Positions 9,989-19,588 of a stretch of DNA of 64,000 nt are shown piece by piece. This DNA comes from an uncultured Desulfuromonas sp. Its GTDB lineage: Bacteria > Desulfobacterota > Desulfuromonadia > Desulfuromonadales > Desulfuromonadaceae. Numbering within the stretch: the stretch's first letter is position 1; each line of letters opens with the position of its first letter. The notes beneath the pieces were generated by a model. The model worked only from the letters and a program-made list of their open reading frames with translations, was not told where the DNA came from and did no database searches. The stretch spans positions 98,690-162,689 of the forward strand of contig NZ_CAXXCH010000002.1 of NCBI RefSeq assembly GCF_963678835.2, read 5' to 3'. The position numbers were made by a program, and so were the translations under genes.

Positions 9989-11627
9989 TCATCGCATCCC
10001 CCGCACCGAATCAGCTTACACCTATCCCTTGTTGATCAAACATCTGTTGCAATCGCCACTGGTGCATCATCCACAACAGGAGATCGTCTACCGCGACCAG
10101 TTGCGTTATACGTATCGTGATCTGCATGAGCGGGTGTGTCGATTGGCCAACGCCTTGTTGTCTTCCGGAGTCAAGGCCGGTGATACGGTGGCCGTGATGG
10201 ACTGGGACAGCCACCGCTATCTGGAATGCTTTTTTGCCGTGCCGATGATTGGTGCGGTGTTGCATACGGTAAATGTCAAACTTTCTGCTGAGCAGATTCT
10301 TTACACCATTGACCATGCCGAAGACAACATATTGCTGGTCCATCGTGATTTTGTGCCGATCATTGAACAGATCAAGGGGCGCATCGATATGGTGGATCAT
10401 TATATTCTCCTCAACGACGGCGCGGCGGCGCTGGACAGCTCGATACCGTTTACGGCTGAATACGAATCATGGCTGGCTGATGCCTCGCCTTACGCGGAAT
10501 TCCCCGATTTTGATGAGAACACCCGGGCGACCACCTTTTACACCACCGGCACCACCGGCCTGCCCAAGGGGGTGTACTTCAGCCATCGTCAGCTGGTCCT
10601 GCATACCATGGGCGTCCTTGCCGCCCTCGGGACACCGCAGCACCAGGGCCGACTCCACCAAGGCGATGTCTATATGCCGATCACCCCCATGTTTCATGTG
10701 CACGCCTGGGGGCTGCCCTATGTGGCTACGGCTCTGGGCGTCAAACAGGTGTATCCGGGGCGCTATGCTCCAGAGGTGCTGTTGGAGCTGATCGATCGGG
10801 AGCAGGTGACTTTTTCCCACTGTGTGCCAACCATTCTACATATGCTGTTGAAAAGTTCCCATGTCGACCAGGTGGACCTGAGTCACTGGAAAGTGATTAT
10901 CGGTGGTTCGGCCATGTCGCGCAGTCTGTGCCTCGAAGCGATGCAGCGCGGGATTGACCTCTTTACCGGTTACGGCATGTCGGAAACCTGTCCGATTCTC
11001 TCTCTGGCGCATCTCGACGCTGAGATGCTTGAGCTGGAGGATGATGCCCAGGCGGAAATTCGCTGCAAAACCGGCCGCGCCATGCCGCTGGTCGATGTGC
11101 GGGTGGTTGATGAACAGATGCAGGAAGTGCCCCGCGATGGTCTCTCCACAGGTGAAATTGTTGTGCGTGCGCCGTGGCTAACCCAGGGTTATCTCAAAGA
11201 TACCCGCAATTCTGAACAGTTGTGGCAGGGCGGCTATCTGCACACCGGCGATGTAGCCACCCGCGATACTAAAAACTATCTGAAAATTACCGACCGCACT
11301 AAAGACGTGATCAAAAGCGGCGGCGAGTGGATCTCCTCACTGGAACTCGAAGACATCTTTTCCCATCATTCGGCTGTGGCCGAAGTGGCGGTCATTGCCC
11401 AGCCCGACGAAAAGTGGGGCGAACGGCCCCTGGCCCTGGTGGTGCTCAAGCCGGATCTGGAAACACCACCGGGGAAAAAGGAATTACTGGCGCTGCTGCA
11501 TGAATATACCGATACCGGCGTGATCTCCAAACAGGTGGTTCTGACCCGGTTTAAATTTGTCGATGCCATTGACAAGACCAGTGTCGGAAAAACAGATAAA
11601 CGCAGCCTGCGCGAGAAACATCTGTGA
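9978..11627 (+). CDS. AMP-dependent acyl-CoA synthetase/ligase (fatty-acid-CoA ligase family)
   Basis: The ORF is trimmed to the ATG at 9978, which follows CAGGAG. The AMP-binding motif is YTTGTTGLPKGV. TGD, DRTKDVIKSGGEWISS and a C-terminal GKTDKR are also present. Confidence 0.85.
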   Translation: MMSDHRIPRTESAYTYPLLIKHLLQSPLVHHPQQEIVYRDQLRYTYRDLHERVCRLANALLSSGVKAGDTVAVMDWDSHRYLECFFAVPMIGAVLHTVNVKLSAEQILYTIDHAEDNILLVHRDFVPIIEQIKGRIDMVDHYILLNDGAAALDSSIPFTAEYESWLADASPYAEFPDFDENTRATTFYTTGTTGLPKGVYFSHRQLVLHTMGVLAALGTPQHQGRLHQGDVYMPITPMFHVHAWGLPYVATALGVKQVYPGRYAPEVLLELIDREQVTFSHCVPTILHMLLKSSHVDQVDLSHWKVIIGGSAMSRSLCLEAMQRGIDLFTGYGMSETCPILSLAHLDAEMLELEDDAQAEIRCKTGRAMPLVDVRVVDEQMQEVPRDGLSTGEIVVRAPWLTQGYLKDTRNSEQLWQGGYLHTGDVATRDTKNYLKITDRTKDVIKSGGEWISSLELEDIFSHHSAVAEVAVIAQPDEKWGERPLALVVLKPDLETPPGKKELLALLHEYTDTGVISKQVVLTRFKFVDAIDKTSVGKTDKRSLREKHL

Positions 11628-11692
11628 GGTAACCACCCAGATATGCTTGAAAAAAAGTGCCGGGAGGGCTAGAGTACTCGACGACATGTTAA

Positions 11693-11752
11693 CGGGGATG
11701 GAGTTCTCCCGGTAACCGTCTGTCGATTTTTGCAGGCTGATGACTCCTGTAT
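11693..11752 (+). ncRNA. Fluoride riboswitch (crcB motif)
   Basis: The sequence GGGGAUGGAGUUCUCCCGGUAACCGUC...GGCUGAUGACUCCUGU matches the conserved crcB core (GGNGAUGGNGUUCNCC..AACCGCC..GCUNAUGANNCCUAC) nearly position for position. Its 3' segment is shared with a downstream terminator stem. It is followed by a CLC-type channel. Confidence 0.85.
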
Positions 11753-11791
11753 GAAGGCTTTGTTTGCAAAGCTTTCGTACAGGAGTTTTTT
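11744..11791 (+). terminator. Riboswitch expression-platform intrinsic terminator
   Basis: CTCCTGTA..(loop)..TACAGGAG followed by TTTTTTG. The 5' arm overlaps the riboswitch 3' pseudoknot segment (ACUCCUGU). Confidence 0.75.
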
Positions 11792-11877
11792 GTGGACGGC
11801 TTTTTGTCAAAGGATTTGTTTTATCCATTTTTCCGTGATCATTGTGGGATCACAATTGTGTTCAAGGAGAAATTATC

Positions 11878-13239
11878 ATGCCGATACGCTGGGATGTGCG
11901 TGAACATTTGAGCCTCGGCTGGTTTGTGGTGCGCTGGTTGCTGATGATCGCACCGGTTGCCGCCCTGATCGGTTCCAGTGTGGCTTTTTTCCTCTGGTTG
12001 CTGGCCGAGGCCACTCAGACGCGTTGGGCGCACCCTGAGCTGGTGTTTGGGTTGCCGCTGGCCGGTATCTTTATTGTCTGGTGCTATCACTCCATGGGCA
12101 GTACTGCCGGGGGCGGCAACAATCTGGTTATGGAGCAGATCCACCAACCCGGTGCCGGGATTCCCAAACGGATGATGCCGCTGGTGTTGTTTGCCACGGT
12201 GATCACCCACCTGTTCGGCGGTTCGGCCGGTCGCGAGGGAACTGCCGTGCAGATGGGCGGCAGCATTGCCCAGGTGTTCAGTCGGCCATTTCGTCTCAGC
12301 GAGGAGGATACGCGTATTCTCCTCACCTGCGGGGTGGCCGCTGGTTTTGGCGCGGTTTTCGGCACGCCTTTGGCCGGAGCGATCTTTGCTCTGGAAGTTC
12401 TCGCCGTAGGCAAGATGCGTTACGAGGCTTTGATCCCGTGCCTGATGGCCAGTTTGCTCGGTGATCTGGTGTGTACCGCCTGGGGCATTGGTCATACCCA
12501 ATATCAGATTGTTGCCCCGGAGCTGCATATTGACGCAGCGGTTGCCCATGTATCGCTGGTGTTGGCGGCCAAGGTGATGCTGGCGTCGATTCTGTTCGGC
12601 CTGGCCGGGTTCCTGTTTGCCGAGATCACCCATGCGTTGTCCGGGCTGTTTAAAAAATACGTGCCTCGCTACTGGTTGCGTCCGGTGATTGGTGCGGTTG
12701 TTGTCCTTGGCATCAGTTTTCTGCTCGGTACCCGCGATTATCTGGGTCTTGGTGTCGGTTCGGCAAGTGGCGACGGCATCTCCATTGTCAATGCCTTTTC
12801 CGGAGTCGGCGTCACGCCGTGGAGCTGGTGGTGGAAACTGCTGCTGACCGCCATTACCTTGAGCAGTGGCTTCAAGGGTGGCGAAGTGACGCCGTTGTTT
12901 TTTGTCGGCGCAACTCTGGGCGCGGCATTGGCCGGGGTCCTCGACGTGCCAGTGGATTTACTGGCCGGCATTGGGTTCATTGCCGTGTTCGCCGGTGCCA
13001 CCAACACACCACTGGCGTGTACCCTGATGGGTGTGGAACTGTTTGGTGCTCAGTATCTGGAGTATTTTGCCATCGCCTGTTTTTTGTCCTATCTGTTCAG
13101 TGGTCACTCCAGTATTTATCTGTCACAACAGATTGCCGCACCCAAGGGCGGTGTTTTTCGATATCGGGGGGTGGATACCCTCAAGTCGGCGCGTGATGCT
13201 CGCCGTTTCTGGTGGCGTCGCCAGTCGCCTGATGAATAG
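11878..13239 (+). CDS. CLC-family channel/antiporter, fluoride-specific (CLC-F / EriC-F) type
   Basis: Trimmed to the ATG at 11878, which follows AAGGAGA. CLC signature blocks [19 protein letters not shown] and [11 protein letters not shown] are present. It sits directly behind a fluoride riboswitch. Confidence 0.8.
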   Translation: MPIRWDVREHLSLGWFVVRWLLMIAPVAALIGSSVAFFLWLLAEATQTRWAHPELVFGLPLAGIFIVWCYHSMGSTAGGGNNLVMEQIHQPGAGIPKRMMPLVLFATVITHLFGGSAGREGTAVQMGGSIAQVFSRPFRLSEEDTRILLTCGVAAGFGAVFGTPLAGAIFALEVLAVGKMRYEALIPCLMASLLGDLVCTAWGIGHTQYQIVAPELHIDAAVAHVSLVLAAKVMLASILFGLAGFLFAEITHALSGLFKKYVPRYWLRPVIGAVVVLGISFLLGTRDYLGLGVGSASGDGISIVNAFSGVGVTPWSWWWKLLLTAITLSSGFKGGEVTPLFFVGATLGAALAGVLDVPVDLLAGIGFIAVFAGATNTPLACTLMGVELFGAQYLEYFAIACFLSYLFSGHSSIYLSQQIAAPKGGVFRYRGVDTLKSARDARRFWWRRQSPDE

Positions 13240-13254
13240 GGAGTTGTCATCATA

Positions 13255-13863
13255 ATGTCTGAAATGAATGCCACACTCGAAACGATAGTCCGGCGTCACA
13301 GTATTCGTAAATTTACCGATCAACCGGTGAGTGAAGAGATGCTACAAACCATTCTGCATGCTGCCAACCAAGCGCCTTCTGCGCATAATCAGCAATCCTG
13401 GCGCTTTGTCGTGGTGACGGGAGAGAGGAAACGTCAACTGGCGGAACTGGTCAAACAACGCGCAACAGATTTTCCCAAAGCGTCCTCAGCTCTGCTGCGC
13501 ATGGCCGCACGCAGCATCGCAACCGCTCCGGTGGTGGTGGCCGTGGCCAATACTGGTGAGCTGATCGAGCATGGTACCAAACTCTTTCAATTGGAAGATG
13601 CCCATATCAGCCTGGATTTTTTCCGCACCATGGAGATTCAAAGTTCCGCGGCAGCCGTGGAAAATATGTTGTTGGCGGCCACCGCTTTGGGGCTTGGCAG
13701 CGTCTGGTTGGGTGTTTTGTTTTTGATCAAGGATGACGTGATGGCATTGCTTGGTGAAAGACAGGGCGAGTTTATGGCGGTTGTTCCCATTGGTTATGCT
13801 GAGCGGGACAGCCAGGGGCCGAAAAAAAGAGCCACCGATGTGGTGATGCGACGGCTGGATTAA
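13255..13863 (+). CDS. Nitroreductase-family (FMN) oxidoreductase
   Basis: 202 aa. The N-terminus RRHSIRKFTDQPV and APSAHNQQSWRFVVV are typical of the nitroreductase fold. Confidence 0.8.
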   Translation: MSEMNATLETIVRRHSIRKFTDQPVSEEMLQTILHAANQAPSAHNQQSWRFVVVTGERKRQLAELVKQRATDFPKASSALLRMAARSIATAPVVVAVANTGELIEHGTKLFQLEDAHISLDFFRTMEIQSSAAAVENMLLAATALGLGSVWLGVLFLIKDDVMALLGERQGEFMAVVPIGYAERDSQGPKKRATDVVMRRLD

Positions 13864-14044
13864 TTTTAATAAAATGTAATGCCTGTGCGCTTGAGTCCAT
13901 GAAATTGTGGTGTTACATTAAAAAATGGAAAATATTGTTGAGCTGTTTTATTTAGTTTATTTGATATGACAAGGATACTTTTATTGGGTGTGCCCGAAAG
14001 GGTGCGCTGCTTTGACTCCCTCTTTTAGGTTCGGAGACCCTTCC

Positions 14045-15985
14045 ATGAAAAACTTGTCCATCAAAGTCAAGATCATAGGCGTTAGTATCCTGCTGCCCAC
14101 ACTGCTGTTGTGTGGCCTGTTCGTCGCTTATGTGGTTCAGGAAAAGAACACGGCTGTTGCGACTTATGTTGACAAAGCCCGTACCATTACCGTGACGGTT
14201 GAATCCACCCGTGAAGGGATGGAAGATCTGTATCAGAAAAGTGTTTTTACGCCGCAGATGTTGCGCGAGTTTGCCGATAGTGGCCATGCGGATAAATTGC
14301 TTGCTTCTGTGCCTGTGGTGTCGTCGTGGAATGCGGCCATGCGCAAGGCCCGTGAAGGGGGCTATGAATTCAAGGTGCCCAAATTCAGTCCGCGTAATCC
14401 AGCCAACGAGCCGGATGCTGTGGAAGCCCGGGCTTTGAAGAAAATGAAAGCGGAAAATCTCAGCGAATATTACGAGATTGATGAACAGCTCAACGCGGTG
14501 CGCTATTTTCGCCCGGTCCGCTTGAGCGAAATTTGCCTGACTTGTCATGGCGATCCAGCAACCTCCGCACAAGTCTGGGGTAACGAACAGGGGCTTGATC
14601 CCACCGGCGCTCGAATGGAGAACTGGCATGTTGGTGAAATTCACGGCGCCTTTGAGGTCGTCCAGTCCCTGGATGCTGCTGATGCCCAACTGGCGGCGTC
14701 GTTGTGGAAGGGCGGTGGCGCCGTCGCCGGTGGTTTGATTATTTTTGCTGTTTTGTTGACCTTGTTTGTCATGCAGAATCTGATCCAGCCGTTGAGCAAA
14801 AGTGTCGCTATGATCGAGGCCATGGGCGAAGGGAAGCTTGACCAGCGTCTGAGCTTTAAAAATAACGACGAAATGGGTCGTATGGGCCGGGCCATGGATG
14901 CCTTTGCCGACAGCCTTCAGCATGAAATTCTCACCGCTTTCAACAAGTTGGCCCAGGGTGATTTTACGTTTGCCGCCCACGGTTTGATCAAGCAACCACT
15001 GGCGCAAGCTAACGATGCGTTGAACGACAGCATGGGGCAGGTGCAATTGGCCGGCAACCAGATCTCCTCCGGTGCCGACCAGATTTCCGATACCAGCCAG
15101 GCACTGTCACAGGCCGCCACCGAGCAGGCCAGCTCACTCGAAGAGATCTCTGCATCCATGAGCGAAATGGCGTCGCGGACCAAGCAGAATGCCGATAATG
15201 CCGTGCAGGCCAACCTGTTGGCGGCTCAGGCCAGTACTGCGGCATCCAAAGGCAATGAACAAATGCAGGAGATGGTGGGGGCCATGGGTGAAATTAACGA
15301 ATCGGCCCAAAATATTTCCCGTATCATCAAGGTTATTGACGAGATTGCTTTTCAGACCAACCTGCTGGCATTGAATGCTGCTGTTGAAGCGGCGCGTGCC
15401 GGCCAACACGGCAAAGGTTTTGCCGTTGTCGCCGAGGAGGTTCGTAACCTGGCGGCCCGCAGCGCCAAAGCGGCCAGTGAAACGGCCGAATTGATTGAAG
15501 GAGCTGTTCAGAAAGCCGGCAACGGTACCCAGATTGCCGAAAGCACTGCCGAGGCCCTGGACGGTATTGTTACAGGGATTACCAAGGTCTCTGACCTGGT
15601 CGGTGAAATTGCCGCCGCTTCCGACGAACAGACTCAGGGCATTTCGCAGGTCAGTATCGGCCTGACACAGATTGATGAAGTGACCCAGCAAAATACCGCT
15701 AATGCCGTGCAGTGTGCCGCAACCTCTGAGCAGTTGGCTGCACAGGCTGCGCAACTGCAGGAGATGCTGGCAGGATTCACCCTCTATTCGACACGGCAAC
15801 AGCCCCCTGTGAGCGTGAAGCCGGTGTCTGCGCCGCAACCGGCGTTGACGTCACCGCCAGCGGTTCAGTCGACCGCAGCGCCACAGCAGACAGCAAACAG
15901 CTCTTCCGACAGTGGATGGGGTGGTGTGGTTGATAATGGCAGTGATTTCATTGCCTTGGACGATGATGAGTTCGGAAAATATTGA
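14045..15985 (+). CDS. Methyl-accepting chemotaxis protein with a periplasmic c-type-heme (CXXCH) sensor domain
   Basis: Trimmed to the ATG at 14045 ([19 protein letters not shown]1). The motif CLTCH at 14534..14548 lies between the two TM segments. A HAMP domain follows. The highly conserved MCP signalling hairpin is [40 protein letters not shown]. Confidence 0.85.
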   Translation: MKNLSIKVKIIGVSILLPTLLLCGLFVAYVVQEKNTAVATYVDKARTITVTVESTREGMEDLYQKSVFTPQMLREFADSGHADKLLASVPVVSSWNAAMRKAREGGYEFKVPKFSPRNPANEPDAVEARALKKMKAENLSEYYEIDEQLNAVRYFRPVRLSEICLTCHGDPATSAQVWGNEQGLDPTGARMENWHVGEIHGAFEVVQSLDAADAQLAASLWKGGGAVAGGLIIFAVLLTLFVMQNLIQPLSKSVAMIEAMGEGKLDQRLSFKNNDEMGRMGRAMDAFADSLQHEILTAFNKLAQGDFTFAAHGLIKQPLAQANDALNDSMGQVQLAGNQISSGADQISDTSQALSQAATEQASSLEEISASMSEMASRTKQNADNAVQANLLAAQASTAASKGNEQMQEMVGAMGEINESAQNISRIIKVIDEIAFQTNLLALNAAVEAARAGQHGKGFAVVAEEVRNLAARSAKAASETAELIEGAVQKAGNGTQIAESTAEALDGIVTGITKVSDLVGEIAAASDEQTQGISQVSIGLTQIDEVTQQNTANAVQCAATSEQLAAQAAQLQEMLAGFTLYSTRQQPPVSVKPVSAPQPALTSPPAVQSTAAPQQTANSSSDSGWGGVVDNGSDFIALDDDEFGKY

Positions 15986-16007
15986 GATTCTTCCTCAGGG
16001 AATAACT

Positions 16008-16038
16008 AAAAAGGCCCGCACCGTGTGTGGGCCTTTTT
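16008..16038 (+). terminator. Intrinsic terminator after the MCP gene
   Basis: AAAAAGGCCCGCA-loop-TGTGGGCCTTTTT hairpin with flanking A and T runs, 23 nt after the stop. Confidence 0.7.
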
Positions 16039-16103
16039 AGTTGGAACCGCTCAAAACTACGGTTTATCAAATAACGCGATAACGAACGTCGGTCAGCGTC
16101 TGG

Positions 16104-16436
16104 GTGAAGATGGTGGCCAGAGCCACAGCGGATTCGTCGTTTTCAGCTTTGATCACCGATGCCATAGCGGCAATGGCACCACCGCCGCAGATAGCGGTTC
16201 CGCAGGAGGTCCGCATCCCGTTGCAGGTGGGTCATAGCGACCAGATTGAACAGGCGGTTCATGACGGCCAACTTGATGTCGGACTCATTGAAAGACCGTG
16301 TCACCTGAAAAGCTTTGAGTGTCGCTACTGGCGGTACAAACCGAACTGGAGCATGGTTGGTTGCTGTGCAGATGTCTTTGGATTTCGTCAGCTCAGTGTG
16401 CTGATCAGCCCGGACCGTCTTGCAGCGTTGGATTGA
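16104..16436 (+). pseudogene. Possible remnant of a LysR-type regulator (effector-binding domain fragment only)
   Basis: The 110-aa ORF contains IPLQVGHSDQIEQAVHDGQLDVGLIE. This resembles the start of LysR substrate-binding domains (l.vG.t..i...v..g.lDlGlie). There is no HTH region and no complete C-terminal part. The call is weak. Confidence 0.3.
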
Positions 16437-16473
16437 GGCGATTGATGACGCTGCAACAGAGAAAGAAGCGCGG

Positions 16474-17919
16474 TTAAAGCTGTGCAATCACTTCACAACG
16501 GTTTTTTCCGTTCTGCTTGGCGATGTACAGAGCCTGATCTGACCGTTTCAGTAAGGTGTCGGGGCTATCCTGATCACGGTATTCCACCACGCCGAAGCTG
16601 GCCGTGGTGTACAACGTTTTTTCTTCGTAGTCGATGGCATAAGCCTGAATGGCCAGTCGAATCGACTCAGCACGCTTCAGAGCATCGTCGAGCTGGCAAT
16701 GCTTCAGCAGTACGAGAAACTCTTCGCCTCCCCAGCGGCCGACAACATCACAACCACGCAGCTCTTTTGACACAATGTCGGCGACGTTCTGCAACACCGC
16801 GTCGCCGGCCATGTGGCCATGGGTGTCGTTGATCTGTTTGAAATTATCGAGATCAAACAGGATGACACTGAACGGAACCTGATGACGCTGTTGCTCTCTG
16901 AACAGTTGCAACAGGTGAAGGTCGATGGCCTGACGATTGGCAATGCGCGTCAGCTTGTCGGTCAGGGCCATCTCTTCCAAACGTTTCTGATAACGGTTGA
17001 TGTTTATCTGCGTCAGTGAGACGACAATCAGGGTGACCGTGAAGCAAATCGTCAGATTTATCAGCAGAGTCAGGCGAATCTGCCGCAGCATCGCCTCCTC
17101 TGATTGTTCCACCATCAAGTACCAGCCAAATTCAGAAATGTAGCGGGTATTGAGGTGAAAGGTTTCGCCGTCACGTTGGTAAATCAAGGTGTTCTGCTGT
17201 TCGTTGAGCAGTTGATCCACATGCGCGTTTAAGCCGTCAATATCGGTTAGAGAGGTGATTGTTGCCGGGAAATCCTTGCCGGCCAGAGTCAGTACGCCTT
17301 GCGGGTCGACAAAGAAAATCGTTCGCTGATAATCCCGTTGGTAGGTTGCAATCAGGGTTTTTACCGCAGAAACGGTGAGTCCGACACCGGTGGCGCCGAT
17401 AAACTGGCCCTGATAATCCTTCACCCGGTAATTGATGAAAATGGTCATGCTGTCGTGATTGGCCATGTCCGGGTCGACATTGATTTCGTAGTCCTCTTGC
17501 ATGTCGCGGACGCGGAAATACCACAAATCGCGCGGTTCATCCGGTGATACGTTTTTCAGAATACCATCGGCATAGTAGTAGCGATAGGTGCGATCCGAGA
17601 CAAAGAAACTGGTAAAGGTCCCGTAGCGCTGCTTGATCTCGTTGAGGTAGCGGACCATTTTGTCTGCGTGCTGTTCCCCTTCCGTGACCCAATCACGCAA
17701 AAACGTATCACTGGCCATCAGCGATGAGATAAACAGAGGCTGCAGCAGATCGCGCTGAATCTCCGAATAGATGGTGTCACTGGTCAGCGGCAGCTCACTG
17801 TCGTCAATCCGCGCGCGCAAGGCGTTGAGCGCAGCATAATAGCTCGCCAGGCTGGTGAGGAGAAATCCACTGGCCAAAAGCAGGGTTAAGATAACAATGA
17901 GGCGGCGTTTGCTGATCAT
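16474..17919 (-). CDS. Diguanylate cyclase with periplasmic Cache-like sensor domain
   Basis: 481 aa. The order is N-terminal TM, about 270 aa of periplasmic domain, second TM, then GGDEF with GGEEF. A canonically spaced I-site is present (RGCD, then five residues, then GGEEF). Confidence 0.85.
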   Translation of the reverse strand: MISKRRLIVILTLLLASGFLLTSLASYYAALNALRARIDDSELPLTSDTIYSEIQRDLLQPLFISSLMASDTFLRDWVTEGEQHADKMVRYLNEIKQRYGTFTSFFVSDRTYRYYYADGILKNVSPDEPRDLWYFRVRDMQEDYEINVDPDMANHDSMTIFINYRVKDYQGQFIGATGVGLTVSAVKTLIATYQRDYQRTIFFVDPQGVLTLAGKDFPATITSLTDIDGLNAHVDQLLNEQQNTLIYQRDGETFHLNTRYISEFGWYLMVEQSEEAMLRQIRLTLLINLTICFTVTLIVVSLTQININRYQKRLEEMALTDKLTRIANRQAIDLHLLQLFREQQRHQVPFSVILFDLDNFKQINDTHGHMAGDAVLQNVADIVSKELRGCDVVGRWGGEEFLVLLKHCQLDDALKRAESIRLAIQAYAIDYEEKTLYTTASFGVVEYRDQDSPDTLLKRSDQALYIAKQNGKNRCEVIAQL

Positions 17920-17946
17920 TCATACGGTCCAGTGCGCAAGGGTGGA

Positions 17947-18402
17947 TCAAAAAATTGAGGCAATGCGTTCGTAGGATTTGCTCAAGCGTTTACTTGTCAT
18001 CTTTAATAGCCCCTTGAGCAACTTCAGACCCAATGTGGGGTTGGTTTGAATTAATGCTTCAAATCTGTCGTTGGACAGAAACAGCAGCTCTACATCCGTA
18101 ATCGCTTCAGCACTGACGGAACGGACATTGTCTGTCAGCAGGCACAGTTCACCGACGACAGAGCCGGGACCGTAAGTGCCGACGATAATATAGCGGTCGG
18201 AAAACTCGGTCATTTTCTTAATGCCCAGACGCCCCTTCAGAATAAACGCCACCTGATTATCATCGTCCCCTTCGTTCCACAGAGTTTCACCCGATTGAGC
18301 ACGCTGATGGGTGCAGAACTTCAGCAAGCTGGAGATCTCCTCTTTGGGCATGTCGCGAAAAAAGCGAAATTTGTCTTGCGCTAACGCAGGTAAAGACGTC
18401 AT
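17947..18402 (-). CDS. Cyclic-nucleotide-binding (cNMP/CAP-effector) domain protein
   Basis: 151 aa. FILKGRLGI...GPGSVVGELCLL is typical of a cNMP-binding beta-barrel. It lies upstream of, and on the same strand as, the diguanylate cyclase gene. Confidence 0.8.
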   Translation of the reverse strand: MTSLPALAQDKFRFFRDMPKEEISSLLKFCTHQRAQSGETLWNEGDDDNQVAFILKGRLGIKKMTEFSDRYIIVGTYGPGSVVGELCLLTDNVRSVSAEAITDVELLFLSNDRFEALIQTNPTLGLKLLKGLLKMTSKRLSKSYERIASIF

Positions 18403-18517
18403 GGTAACAGTCCATTATTTAATGTTAGAGGCAGGGGAATGTTAACGTTATTTGGCAATATGTCAATGAAAACCCGGCCCGTTCAATGGTATACAGAGAG
18501 AGGAAGGAGTTTTTTGC

Positions 18518-19015
18518 GTGGAGCAGTCTCAGGATGAGAAATTTATGCGCCGTGCCCTTGATCTGGCTCGCCAAGCTGAGCAACTCGGTGAGGTGCCGGT
18601 AGGCGCTGTCATCGTGCACGACGGCAAAGTTATTGCCGCTGCAGGTAATCGTCGCGAAACCTGGCAGGATCCCACCGCCCATGCCGAGTTGATCGCTCTG
18701 CGTGAGGCGGCGAAACGCATTGATTCCTGGCGTCTCGAAGAGACAACACTGTATGTTACTCTGGAACCCTGTGTCATGTGTATGGGTGGCATTATTCTGT
18801 CGCGAATTCCCCGCCTGGTTTTTGGTGCCCGCGATCCACGTGTCGGTGCCGTCGGCTCGGTATTTGACCTGGCTGACGACGAGCGTTTTAACCACCGGGT
18901 CGCGGTTTGTGAAGGCGTACTTGCCTCGGAATGCAGCGAAATTCTCACGGAATTTTTTCGTCAATTGCGTCAAAAGAAAAAGGCTGCTAGAATGCGCTCC
19001 GCAAACGACGAGTAA
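18518..19015 (+). CDS. tadA: tRNA adenosine(34) deaminase
   Basis: 165 aa. The zinc motifs are HAELIALREA and PCVMCMGGI. It starts at a GTG after GGAAGGAG. An alternative ATG lies at 18545. Confidence 0.9.
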   Translation: MEQSQDEKFMRRALDLARQAEQLGEVPVGAVIVHDGKVIAAAGNRRETWQDPTAHAELIALREAAKRIDSWRLEETTLYVTLEPCVMCMGGIILSRIPRLVFGARDPRVGAVGSVFDLADDERFNHRVAVCEGVLASECSEILTEFFRQLRQKKKAARMRSANDE

Positions 19016-19026
19016 ATCATGATTGC

Positions 19027-19114
19027 GGAGAGGTGTCCGAGCGGCCGAAGGTGATTGACTCGAAATCAATTGTCCCGAAAGGGACCGGGAGTTCGAATCT
19101 CCCCCTCTCCGCCA
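19027..19114 (+). tRNA. tRNA-Ser (anticodon CGA)
   Basis: Cloverleaf folded by hand. The acceptor is GGAGAGG/CCTCTCC. The anticodon stem is ATTGA/TCAAT with loop CU-CGA-AA. It has a long variable arm (GTCCC-GAAA-GGGAC), a TTCGAATC T-loop and an encoded CCA. Confidence 0.95.
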
Positions 19115-19162
19115 TTAATAAACAAAAGGACGTTGCCCAACGGGTGACGTCCTTTTGTTTTT
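19094..19162 (+). repeat. Direct repeat copy 1: 3' end of tRNA-Ser(CGA) plus its terminator
   Basis: CGAATCTCCCCCTCTCCGCCATTAATAAACAAAAGGACGTTGCCCAACGGGTGACGTCCTTTTGTTTTT. This is repeated 350 nt downstream with a handful of substitutions or indels. Confidence 0.85.
19124..19162 (+). terminator. Intrinsic terminator after tRNA-Ser
   Basis: AAAAGGACGT-loop-ACGTCCTTTT followed by GTTTTT. Confidence 0.8.
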
Positions 19163-19220
19163 ATACGCTGTTGGGAGATTCGAAGCGCAGCGAGCGCTGA
19201 CTGAATGTCAGAAAAGCGGT

Positions 19221-19370
19221 CAGTGCTTGAACACAGTCAATTTTGTCATCGGAGTGCCCCCTGTAGGAGCGAATTTATTCGCGAATTGTTCTGGACATTG
19301 ATCCTTTTCATGATGGGAATTCGCGGCTGAAGCCGCTCCTATAAGATACAATTTTAATTATGCTGAAGTA
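19221..19370 (+). repeat. REP-like 150-nt extragenic element, copy A
   Basis: It contains the palindromic core CTGTAGGAGCGAATTTATTCGCGAATT...GAATTCGCGGCTGAAGCCGCTCCTA. It aligns along its whole length with 33820..33970 in the same orientation. Confidence 0.85.
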
Positions 19371-19442
19371 CTAGGGACGGCCGCGTCAGCGAGCGAAGGG
19401 GAGCCGACGCAGTCAAACACAGGAAGTGTTTGGCGTAGTAGG

Positions 19443-19512
19443 CGAATCTCGCCCGCTCCGCCATTTAATAAACAAAAAGACGCTGCCCAACGGGTGACGT
19501 CCTTTTTGTTTT
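19443..19512 (+). repeat. Direct repeat copy 2: att-like partial tRNA-Ser 3' end plus terminator
   Basis: CGAATCTCGCCCGCTCCGCCATTTAATAAACAAAAAGACGCTGCCCAACGGGTGACGTCCTTTTTGTTTT aligns by eye to 19094..19162. Confidence 0.85.
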
Positions 19513-19588
19513 GGTGTCCTTGAGCGAGAGACCGCGTAGAAAAATGTCCCAACTCCCTTTAAAATCAAACGAAAGTCCTTCGGTGTTG

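Noticed and set aside
16025-16440. An intact small regulatory gene between the MCP and the diguanylate cyclase.
   Set aside because: Only a fragment resembling a LysR effector-domain start is present. There is no HTH part and no proper C-terminus, so it is kept only as a low-confidence pseudogene remnant.
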